In this document: positions 18,587 through 27,537 of the stretch, one piece after another
How positions within the stretch are numbered: the stretch's first letter is position 1
How the letters are laid out: each line of letters starts with the position of its first letter
IMG/VR virus record: IMGVR_UViG_3300035520_001855
Direction: 5' to 3' (one strand)
Length of the DNA stretch: 64,000 bases
Source: an uncultured virus (IMG/VR IMGVR_UViG_3300035520_001855)
Lineage: Duplodnaviria > Heunggongvirae > Uroviricota > Caudoviricetes
Program-made: the position numbers and the translations under genes
Notes under the pieces: model-generated
The model's input: the letters and a program-made list of their open reading frames with translations, nothing else
Database searches by the model: none
Told to the model about the DNA's origin: nothing

Positions 18587-21500
18587 CTGTAACCTCCATT
18601 AAATATTTTTTTGCAACATCTTTACCAATCTTTAACTTATCTAATATGCTATTGCAAAACTCTACAAACTCTGACCTGTAACTCACAAAACTAAAATCAG
18701 CAATTGAGTTATATCTGTTGTAAACATTTGAACGTTTCTTTGTGTCTTCATTAAACATAGTTAAATAATACTCTAGCTTTGTCTTTGAGACACTATCCAG
18801 AGCTTCTAAAGACTTGTCCAATGAAGTCATATCAGCGGCTTCATCCAAATAAAGATACTCTAAAAATGCTGGTGACTGTACTTTACTAAAATCATACAAA
18901 TTAAATAAAGTTGTATAATCCATTCTGTTACCATTGTACTCCACAACTTGTTCAGAATGACTTAGAACTTCTGCCAGCTCACTTCTTATCTTATCCATAA
19001 TGCTCATATTTTTTAAGAGTTTATCCAGTTTTGTTTCCGTCACATCGCCAATAATTACTGGCATAAATTCGAATTTAATATTGTACATGTTAGAAAATTG
19101 TTCAAGTATTTTACTTTTCCCTTTAACATCAATAAAACTCTTTAAAATTGCATCTGTGACATATCTTGGATGTGCCTGTTGCGTGCCTCTGTTATTTGTA
19201 ATATTGAGTGTGCATATGTCCGACCATTGTACATACTTGAATAGTGCTATCATCATATTCGCATACTCTTCACTTACATATGAATGGGCATAGAAACTTA
19301 TTGTATTGCCAGGCTCATTAAAAGTTTTCACATACTCCTCCAAACTTTGACCTTGCACACGTTTCTTTATATGAAAATCTGTTGTACTTATTGGTAGATT
19401 ACATATATCCAACTCATCTCTCTGAAATCCAGCTTTAAGCAACAGGACATAAGTATTGTATTGTTTAATTGTGACCTTTTCCACAAACTCCTCAGGTATA
19501 GTCAAGTTATCATTCTTTGCAAAGAATCTATCAATACTGCTCAAAACATAGTCTTTGAATGCATTGTTTGTTGATACAACAGTATTTAAAATCCTTCTTA
19601 AATCCTGAGCATGATAAAAAATATCAAAAGGTCTTTTTCTGTTCTGTAATGCACGTTTTAACTGATTTGTAAAAGCTCCTGCATTTTGTGCACCAAAAAC
19701 TTCCTTAAAGTCATTTATACTAAATCCTGTTTTCATGATGAAGTCCTTACTGACTGATGTGGCACTTTCCGGTGTCAACCTACTATTCAATTCCTCAGTT
19801 ATTTGTATCTTTGGTAGTGCACTTTCTGACGTGAATATGTCAAAATTCTTCTTAACGGTTCTTAAAGATGTCTGAGTCCTATCCAACTCTATTTTTAAAA
19901 ATACACCTATAAGAAAGCTTGTTTCGGCATCTTTAATGAAATTATCAATATCAATCCCTCTATTCACAAGTTCTGAGAATAGTCTTGATTTCCTAAAGTC
20001 ACTTTCAGATCCTTCAACATTATTATTCATTCCTTTATTTGAGAATCCTGTTTTGTTAACAGTTGTAAAATAAGTGACTGTGTCATTTACAAGACTATTG
20101 ACACAATCCGTTATTGTATTCTCCAGAGCTTTGATTCTATCATTAGACTCTCTAATAAGCTTGCTCACAGTACTTAATGATGCGTCTACATTGGTTAAAG
20201 TTATGCCCTCTAAAGTGTAAGAAATACATATTTGTGTTATTTCAGATGTTATGGATACATCCTTATCACCTGATTTATATCTTTCTAAAAGTGCATACAG
20301 AGAATTGTAAATAAAATTCATAACGATATATGAATTCTTCAACTCAGAAAATGCATCTATATACCTGACAATTAAAAGTCTATCAATAACACCAAAAATA
20401 GTTTTATGAATGTCTTTAAAAGCAGATACTTTATGAATGTTTGCTTTCAGAAAGTTTAAACGTTGCTCATCAGATAACAAGTCATAAGAGTGTGACAAAA
20501 GAACTCCTAAAGCATCATCAGCCACCAACTTGTATGTATCTTCTAAAACTTTTGTATTGGTTATTTCCAACTCCGTACTTAAATTCTGAATGCTCGTATT
20601 TGTTGAATCCGTCAACTCAAATTCTGAATTTGCCTTTAATGTGTTAATAGGCATTAAAATCTGTTGTTCTGAGAAGTTAAACCTATCAGAATTATTGAAC
20701 ATATATGCAACTTCACCATTCAGGGCATCCATAACATTTTCATTCAAATAAATTATTGTTGAGCAATCTTCACATATTAATGGAATCTGACAAACAAAAC
20801 CACCCCTTGAATTCTCCTTAAATTTTTGGAAAGTTTTGAACTGCAGCATATTATGCTTGTGTTCTTTTTTACAATAAGGGCATTTGACCTTTTGGGATAA
20901 TGTTGACATATCAATTACAATTCCATTATCCTTAACTTCCATCATTGATATGTTCACTTTTCTTGTCGTCTCAGTAGCTGAATTTGCTGCATCAGAAATT
21001 ACTTTTCTAATCTTTGCTGTCCCCGAATATGTTGTATTGTTAAATATATATTTTATATTGCTTATTGTATCGGTAACTATTGATGTAAACCCATTTAAAA
21101 ATACATCTTTATTTGGCAGATTAAGTATATTAATATACTTCAATTTTAAAATATCACTGATGAGATAATCAATGTAACTTTCTAAATTGAATTTACTATC
21201 AGACCATTTGTCTACTTCAAGTTGCTTTATGTTTTGCACATAATCAATGTAGTATTGCTCTGCATTAACTAATAAGTGCATAAGTTCAAGCGTCTTTGTG
21301 CTAACGTTACTATCAATATTTTTATCATTGTAAATATCAACAGTTTTTATGTCTGTGTACATAGCTGCATTCTTTGAGTCTGCATACTTAAATGATTTAT
21401 CTAGAATAGATTCGAATGCCGGTTTAACATTCTTCTTTATATAGCTCTTGATAGCTCCTGCACGTGTTCCTTTGTACTGACTCATAAAAGTATCAGTTCT

Positions 21501-21737
21501 GTTTATTATTTGTTCTAATTTTTTCAGTTTTCCAGAGTCATCTGAATCTTCTACAGTTTCCGTTGATTTCAAATTCAAGTCTTGCTCCAGTAAATCCATA
21601 TCATCAATATCAATTTCTATATCATCTACTGAATCAAGATTATTAATATTGATATCTGTACTTGTTAAATCAATTGACTCAAATTGTAAATTATCATCCA
21701 GCTCACTAAAGTTTTTAGTTCTGACTTCATGCTCCAT
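18573..21737 (-). CDS. Large hypothetical protein with Zn-ribbon and acidic N-terminus (1054 aa)
   Basis: CPYC...CEDC cysteine pairs; acidic low-complexity N-terminus. Confidence 0.8.
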   Translation of the reverse strand: MEHEVRTKNFSELDDNLQFESIDLTSTDININNLDSVDDIEIDIDDMDLLEQDLNLKSTETVEDSDDSGKLKKLEQIINRTDTFMSQYKGTRAGAIKSYIKKNVKPAFESILDKSFKYADSKNAAMYTDIKTVDIYNDKNIDSNVSTKTLELMHLLVNAEQYYIDYVQNIKQLEVDKWSDSKFNLESYIDYLISDILKLKYINILNLPNKDVFLNGFTSIVTDTISNIKYIFNNTTYSGTAKIRKVISDAANSATETTRKVNISMMEVKDNGIVIDMSTLSQKVKCPYCKKEHKHNMLQFKTFQKFKENSRGGFVCQIPLICEDCSTIIYLNENVMDALNGEVAYMFNNSDRFNFSEQQILMPINTLKANSEFELTDSTNTSIQNLSTELEITNTKVLEDTYKLVADDALGVLLSHSYDLLSDEQRLNFLKANIHKVSAFKDIHKTIFGVIDRLLIVRYIDAFSELKNSYIVMNFIYNSLYALLERYKSGDKDVSITSEITQICISYTLEGITLTNVDASLSTVSKLIRESNDRIKALENTITDCVNSLVNDTVTYFTTVNKTGFSNKGMNNNVEGSESDFRKSRLFSELVNRGIDIDNFIKDAETSFLIGVFLKIELDRTQTSLRTVKKNFDIFTSESALPKIQITEELNSRLTPESATSVSKDFIMKTGFSINDFKEVFGAQNAGAFTNQLKRALQNRKRPFDIFYHAQDLRRILNTVVSTNNAFKDYVLSSIDRFFAKNDNLTIPEEFVEKVTIKQYNTYVLLLKAGFQRDELDICNLPISTTDFHIKKRVQGQSLEEYVKTFNEPGNTISFYAHSYVSEEYANMMIALFKYVQWSDICTLNITNNRGTQQAHPRYVTDAILKSFIDVKGKSKILEQFSNMYNIKFEFMPVIIGDVTETKLDKLLKNMSIMDKIRSELAEVLSHSEQVVEYNGNRMDYTTLFNLYDFSKVQSPAFLEYLYLDEAADMTSLDKSLEALDSVSKTKLEYYLTMFNEDTKKRSNVYNRYNSIADFSFVSYRSEFVEFCNSILDKLKIGKDVAKKYLMEVTGVEI

Positions 21738-22752
21738 TATTAAGCACCCCCTTCTTTAATTCAATAACAAAATGTATGACATAATTGTACATTTCTTCTG
21801 GGTCTAATAAAACCTTACGCCCCTCTGTGATATTTCTCTCTTTTCCAATATTATGTTTTGCTGTATAGTCAACGATTTGAGGTTTACCATTATAGTCCAA
21901 TATCGGCTCACCATCAGCATCACGCATAATCACATTTGCATTTTTAGATACAATATAATCAGCTCGCATTTTAGCCTCTGTTTGTACAAACTCAACATAA
22001 CCTTCACCTACCATATTAAGATACATGATATATTCTTTTTTAGTCATTGATTTAAAATTCATATCGCCAGTTAAGCATAATTCATAATGCAATTGTGCAC
22101 TTGGCTTCATCTTAAAGTAGTTAATTATATCAATTAAATCATCTTTAAATAGATTTATGTTTCTTTCCAGTTTACTAGCTAGAATATTATCAATGCCTTC
22201 GAAACTTAATAAGAAATCTCGCACTGTTAAATTATTTGTTAATAGAAAGTTTTCAAAATCTGCATAAGAATTAAACTTCTTAAAGATAAGATTTGCTCTA
22301 CTACACAAATCTGGAATTGCCATACGACTTACTAAATTACTGTAGGTGAAACCTTTAGTCCTTATTTGATACAAGTTCTCCATTAACTTATCAGAGTCTG
22401 CAATTCTACCTGTCCTGTAATAATTGTCACGTTTACCATATAAAATTGCTAAATGTGATTTAAACTCAGGATTTTGTTTGAAATACTCAGTACAATAAGC
22501 CCTGCCAATTCCCTTGATACCAAAATTAGATAGAGTCTTCATTGCTCTGCCTACTATCTTCAATGTACAATTTGGATCAACACAAAATTGTTTTGTAAGA
22601 TTTTTTGTTGTCACAATGTCTGACCCACACTCACACGTATTTTTAAGATAAGAATGATAAGAGTCTGGTATCAACCCAGACTCTTTTGCCTCCGCAATAG
22701 AAACAATATCAGTATCAACTAAATTCAAATTTCTTGCTGTTAATATATCCAT
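21727..22752 (-). CDS. NAD-dependent DNA ligase C-terminal part (Zn finger, HhH, BRCT)
   Basis: CECGS...FCVDPNC Zn finger, FGIKGIG and FEGIDNILA HhH motifs, MAIPDL, BRCT-like LCLTGD...ADYIV; no adenylation domain. Confidence 0.75.
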   Translation of the reverse strand: MDILTARNLNLVDTDIVSIAEAKESGLIPDSYHSYLKNTCECGSDIVTTKNLTKQFCVDPNCTLKIVGRAMKTLSNFGIKGIGRAYCTEYFKQNPEFKSHLAILYGKRDNYYRTGRIADSDKLMENLYQIRTKGFTYSNLVSRMAIPDLCSRANLIFKKFNSYADFENFLLTNNLTVRDFLLSFEGIDNILASKLERNINLFKDDLIDIINYFKMKPSAQLHYELCLTGDMNFKSMTKKEYIMYLNMVGEGYVEFVQTEAKMRADYIVSKNANVIMRDADGEPILDYNGKPQIVDYTAKHNIGKERNITEGRKVLLDPEEMYNYVIHFVIELKKGVLNNGA

Positions 22753-22755
22753 TTT

Positions 22756-22799
22756 CTATCATCTCCTTTACCATTGTATAAAGGAGATGATAGTTTTTT
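22756..22799. promoter_or_regulatory. 15-bp perfect hairpin occluding the RBS of the ligase C-terminal gene; also a + strand terminator shape
   Basis: ctatcatctccttta (22756-22770) / taaaggagatgatag (22779-22793), 8-nt loop, followed by T6 on the + strand. Confidence 0.7.
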
Positions 22800-25700
22800 A
22801 GCAAGGTACACTAATCTTATTTTCTATTATGTCTTGCAGAGTTTTTACATCATAATCCTTTATATAGAAATGCTTGTTCTCTAAATTATTACCTATCTTA
22901 ATAACAACTGATATAGCACCAAGTGTGCCTTCAGGTACATGACATGTGTCTAGGTAATCTTTAACCCTTTCTCTTACATTTGTCGAAACCCCTGTGTAAT
23001 TCAAAATTATTTTATCCGATGCTACACGCACTTTATTTGAGAAGGAGTCATACAACTTTATATACTTATCTGGATTTACTAAAATATCCTCATCTTCAAA
23101 TTTCTCTTTATCATCTGTTTGTGCAGGTGTTTCAAAGTAATAGTACATAGATGTATCTCCGAACAATTCAAAATTTTCTTCAGCTTCTAGCATAGCTAAC
23201 GCATCAATAGATGACATATCATGAGTTTCTTCATTAAAATTACTGAAGTCTTGTGTGTCGGACATAAAATCCATATCATCTATATTTAAATCAAAATCAA
23301 TAACATCTACATTATTTATATCTGTAATTGTTTGATTATCACTATCAAATAAATCTGTGACTGCTAATATAGAATCTCCTGTAATTGCTTGTTCAGATGC
23401 GACTGATCCCAATGTGTATGAATCCTTAGTTATAGTAGCTTCCTTGACATCACCATAATCATCAGGGTAGAGTATTGTATATTGATCAAGAGGTCCTGAC
23501 TCCACAATGAACCTTTCTAAAGAAGCAAGAAACTTATCATCAGCATAATTTTTGTTTACCTTTCTACCTGGAAGTGGACTAAAATAAACGGATATTTTTT
23601 CTCTTAAAAAGTAATCTTGTAAATTATCTAATAAGATTCTTGTGTCTTGCACAGGGTTGTTAATATCAAATCCAACTTTCGTAAAGTCTTTTATGAAGAC
23701 AGTTTTCATGAACTCAATAATATCATGAGTAACAGTATCCTTGTGATGTTCCATTGTCATGAATTTTTGATTTGATATATCAGGTCTTTCTTTTATCATG
23801 TACTCAACAAACTCAATAGGAGCTTCATACAAATCGTCTTTACCCTCATACCAATTATCACAAATTGAAATACCTGCATAATATCTAGGGTGTCCCTTAA
23901 TAGCAAGCATACACTCCTCATATATAATCTTGTACAAGAAGTATGGATTAACTGACTTATGGACAGAATTAACTAATTCATCGTGAATGGTTGCTGTGGT
24001 AAAAACAAGATGATCTAACCCTTCTTTCTTTAAACGTGCTCTAAATCTATTTAAAGCTATCTTAAATAAATCTGCTGCACCTTCCTGAATTGGGAAGTTG
24101 CCTGAAGCACGTCTTACAGACGCTTTCACAGCCCCGTTGAGTTTTGTTCTCCATTCATCAAATCCCTCTTCTCCATAAAAATACCTACGTCTTCCTAAAA
24201 GTGATTCTACATAGCCATTAGATACTGCAAAATCTCTTTTTGTTTCAAGCAGATCCCAAATCTTATGAAACGACTTTTGCCATTGAGCTAATTGCACATT
24301 TGCCTCAGCTTCTGTGTGTTTGTTATAGACACCAAACAGAGATACAGCAATTGATCTTACACCCATACCATAAGGGATTGCAAAGTTTAAAGACTTGCCA
24401 GCTTTTCTCATTTTTGATGTTACAAGCCATGGTTTTATATTATGAAGTAAAGCACAACACTCTCTGTGGAAGTCTGCTCTAGGACTGTTAAGATTTTGTA
24501 CTAAATCCTTTACATCTGCCATACCTGCCATATATCTGTATTCAATCTGACTGAAGTCAAACACAAGCATATAATGGTCATCACTATAAGGTACAATCAT
24601 TTGCTTCATAAAACCTTGCAATGTTTGCACCACATTGATAATTCTAAATGTCTCAGCATTTGCCATTTTTGATGATGTATAATAGAAACTATCTATTGAC
24701 TCATCAAGCAGCTGTTTAAAGAATGTTGAGTTACGTTTATACCTTAGCCTGTACTCCACAATCAAATGTGCTAAAGGATATTTTAATTTATTATATTCCT
24801 TTGCACTTATCAAAGGTGGTACTGTTTCTCCGGCAAGCTGTGGTATATCCGCAACAGCTGATGGAATATCTTTTTTCAGATAACCGTCTGTATTATCATC
24901 TAAAGTTTCTCTGAGAAGTGCCTTAAATGTTGATGCATTTACAGCAGGTTCCCCTGTCTTCTTTGAAATACTTTGTACTGGATACTTCAGAATATTAAAT
25001 AGGACATTTCCTAAAACTTTATTTGAATCTAAGTTAAATTCAAATTTAGCATTCTTATATTCAGAAGAATCGAAGAATTCTTTTACTTTAGTTTCAATTT
25101 CATCATTGTTTAAATTATTAGTATCAGCTGATTTAGCCATCTTATTGATAAAATCATTAGATAACATGGATTGTCCTACGACTTTAAAAATTAATTCTTT
25201 AAGCAGTTCCATGTCCCTATTATTTGCTTTACGATATTCAGTTGCAAATGCTAAATCGACTCTGTTACCAACACAATCCATCTTTGTGATATTCTTCATC
25301 GTGTCCATGTCCAACTTGAAAGTTTTTCTACAGGATACAGGTAACTTGTCCCACAGCAAGTAAAATAATTGTAAGTTCATATCAACATCAGGACAGGCAT
25401 AAATAAGAGCAAGTTGTTGTGGTAAATACCTAAAAAGACCTGCTAATTTCTTTGTTCCAAATATATCAGATAATTCAAGTGTATCTACACCAAAATATCT
25501 GTGTTCCAAATACTTCAATGAGTTATGAAATTTTGCATCATGACAATTTATATTAAAGTTTAATTGTTGTGTGTCATAAGCTATATTTAAATCTATATTG
25601 AATTCTGTGTATAATGCTCGAGCATCAAAGGAAATATTGTGACCAACTGCATTTATACTCTCTAAATATGGTTTTAAAACATCAACCCAATCTTTGCTAA

Positions 25701-26607
25701 TATTTTTCATATATGCCATATCAATTGGTAGAAATATTGCTTGATCCTTTCTCCATGACATCATTAATGAAACAATATTATCAAAATGTTTTCTGTTTTT
25801 TCCACCATAACATTTAAGACCTGTTGTCTCAACATCGACTGACCATAAATCAACATTACTAACTTCCATTGTTAAAACTGTCTTTAGTTTTTCAATTGTG
25901 TCGATAACTTTATATTCTTTTTTAGATTCGCCATTTATATCAAAATACCAAGACAAATCATGAGTCAATCTCAACTGCTGTAATGTTTTAGCTTTAGTTG
26001 CTAAAATTGTATCAGTATTTTCTCTGTCTGAAACACTAAATATGTCATAATCTTCCCAATTTACTGCCTTAAATACACTTCTATAAATACTTGCTAAAAC
26101 TGTTTCAGTACTAGATATTTCTGCATTAATAAATTCTTGCTTATATCTATAATCAATTTTAGCAATCTGTCTGGCATTTAGCTTAGCTATTGCCTCACTC
26201 GTATCTTTATATTCAAGGAAGTTAATATAGTCAATTTCAGAATTACTTTTAGATGTAGCTATCTGCGACTCTGTTTCTTCAGTTGATGTGTTCTTATAAC
26301 TTTTACTCAAAGCTCTTGTGTATGACTGAGCTAAGTTATTTACAACATTCACATTGCCAAAAATCTTAGTTTCCGTAATAGTTACATGCAAACCACCAAC
26401 TAAAAAATTCATGTAGAAATCTGAATTTTTCTTTAAACTGAAGTCCCTTTTTAATAATTCTACTTCTGTGTTACTGATGAGTGCTGTTTTTCTAAACAGT
26501 AACCATGTAATTGATTTTGCGACTTCCTGTCTAATGAATAAATAGCTGTCACGTCCTGTCTGATACTCTCCAAGTAATAGCATTAAATCACCAAACCCTT
26601 CTTCCAA
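22798..26607 (-). CDS. polA: Family A DNA polymerase with 3'-5' exonuclease and N-/C-terminal extensions (probable replicative polymerase)
   Basis: Exo motifs VDVETTG, GHNISFD, YACPD; motif A FDFSQIEYR, motif B RKAGKSLNFAIPYG, GRRR, NFPIQEGAAD, motif C TIHDELV. Confidence 0.95.
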   Translation of the reverse strand: MEEGFGDLMLLLGEYQTGRDSYLFIRQEVAKSITWLLFRKTALISNTEVELLKRDFSLKKNSDFYMNFLVGGLHVTITETKIFGNVNVVNNLAQSYTRALSKSYKNTSTEETESQIATSKSNSEIDYINFLEYKDTSEAIAKLNARQIAKIDYRYKQEFINAEISSTETVLASIYRSVFKAVNWEDYDIFSVSDRENTDTILATKAKTLQQLRLTHDLSWYFDINGESKKEYKVIDTIEKLKTVLTMEVSNVDLWSVDVETTGLKCYGGKNRKHFDNIVSLMMSWRKDQAIFLPIDMAYMKNISKDWVDVLKPYLESINAVGHNISFDARALYTEFNIDLNIAYDTQQLNFNINCHDAKFHNSLKYLEHRYFGVDTLELSDIFGTKKLAGLFRYLPQQLALIYACPDVDMNLQLFYLLWDKLPVSCRKTFKLDMDTMKNITKMDCVGNRVDLAFATEYRKANNRDMELLKELIFKVVGQSMLSNDFINKMAKSADTNNLNNDEIETKVKEFFDSSEYKNAKFEFNLDSNKVLGNVLFNILKYPVQSISKKTGEPAVNASTFKALLRETLDDNTDGYLKKDIPSAVADIPQLAGETVPPLISAKEYNKLKYPLAHLIVEYRLRYKRNSTFFKQLLDESIDSFYYTSSKMANAETFRIINVVQTLQGFMKQMIVPYSDDHYMLVFDFSQIEYRYMAGMADVKDLVQNLNSPRADFHRECCALLHNIKPWLVTSKMRKAGKSLNFAIPYGMGVRSIAVSLFGVYNKHTEAEANVQLAQWQKSFHKIWDLLETKRDFAVSNGYVESLLGRRRYFYGEEGFDEWRTKLNGAVKASVRRASGNFPIQEGAADLFKIALNRFRARLKKEGLDHLVFTTATIHDELVNSVHKSVNPYFLYKIIYEECMLAIKGHPRYYAGISICDNWYEGKDDLYEAPIEFVEYMIKERPDISNQKFMTMEHHKDTVTHDIIEFMKTVFIKDFTKVGFDINNPVQDTRILLDNLQDYFLREKISVYFSPLPGRKVNKNYADDKFLASLERFIVESGPLDQYTILYPDDYGDVKEATITKDSYTLGSVASEQAITGDSILAVTDLFDSDNQTITDINNVDVIDFDLNIDDMDFMSDTQDFSNFNEETHDMSSIDALAMLEAEENFELFGDTSMYYYFETPAQTDDKEKFEDEDILVNPDKYIKLYDSFSNKVRVASDKIILNYTGVSTNVRERVKDYLDTCHVPEGTLGAISVVIKIGNNLENKHFYIKDYDVKTLQDIIENKISVPC

Positions 26608-27494
26608 TCTATAACCTTGTAAGGTATTGGAATCTTCTCACCACGGATTGTTATATATAGTTTTGTGTTTGGTACACTACTCGAATTTATAGTAAAACCA
26701 AACAAATGTTTAGAAAATATTAAAGCATCTGCTCCCATTGTGTTTTGATATTTCATCATTGTTGAGATTACAGGTGTTAACATTTTATAGGCTATTTGTA
26801 ATCTGATAGCCAATAACAATTCCTGAAATTTATCTTTACCATAAACTGTTGGAAAAAACTTCTTTAAATTAGACTTCACATCAATTAAATCCAACATTGG
26901 TATATTTTTCTCATAATTTTCCTTTATTAAACTTTGCACATACTGTGTGATGTTATTTGCTAAATCAAAAATATCACCTATCTCAAAGTCTATGTCATCT
27001 GATATATCAGCTGAACAAACTAAGAAGATACGTGATAATGTTTTCATTGTAATATTATATTTGCTACAAATGCAAAGCAATCTTTGATATACTGTATAAT
27101 AGTCAATATCAAAAACAGTTGCTAAACAAATGTCTAAATGCTCACTAAAATCATAAATGTTTAAGTATGGTTTATTAAAATCATAATTTACTGTTCCAAG
27201 ATCTACTAAATTATGAAATGTATCGGTAAAAAGACATGTCATTGAATTTATGCTTTCTTGTTCTGTAAAGACCATACGTCGTATAGTCTTACTAGAATTA
27301 TTGGCTTTATAAAATTCATAATTATTCAACTCTGTCTCTAGTTCTTTTAAAAGAATCTTTGCGTTTATTCTATCATCTAAATTATCTGCATTAGTCATAT
27401 TTCTCAACTTTTCAGTTTGTATGTTTAACCTATCTTTGTCAATATTTATACTTCTGCTAAGCAGATTTAATCCAACAGACCTATACTCTGCCAA
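26583..27494 (-). CDS. Degenerate PolA-like protein (probably inactive)
   Basis: SINIDKDRL resembles PolA GI.ID...L, IYDFSEHLD resembles motif A, and FSKHLFGF lies at the motif C position without DE. TTG start with AAGGAGG; overlaps the polA start. Confidence 0.45.
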   Translation of the reverse strand: MAEYRSVGLNLLSRSINIDKDRLNIQTEKLRNMTNADNLDDRINAKILLKELETELNNYEFYKANNSSKTIRRMVFTEQESINSMTCLFTDTFHNLVDLGTVNYDFNKPYLNIYDFSEHLDICLATVFDIDYYTVYQRLLCICSKYNITMKTLSRIFLVCSADISDDIDFEIGDIFDLANNITQYVQSLIKENYEKNIPMLDLIDVKSNLKKFFPTVYGKDKFQELLLAIRLQIAYKMLTPVISTMMKYQNTMGADALIFSKHLFGFTINSSSVPNTKLYITIRGEKIPIPYKVIDWKKGLVI

Positions 27495-27509
27495 CTCTAT
27501 TACCTCCTT

Positions 27510-27537
27510 TGAGTGAGAAGTGAATACTTCTCACTCA
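27510..27537. repeat. 12-bp perfect inverted repeat overlapping a stop codon
   Basis: tgagtgagaagt-gaat-acttctcactca; no U-tract on the minus strand, where the next gene's RBS follows immediately. Confidence 0.75.
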
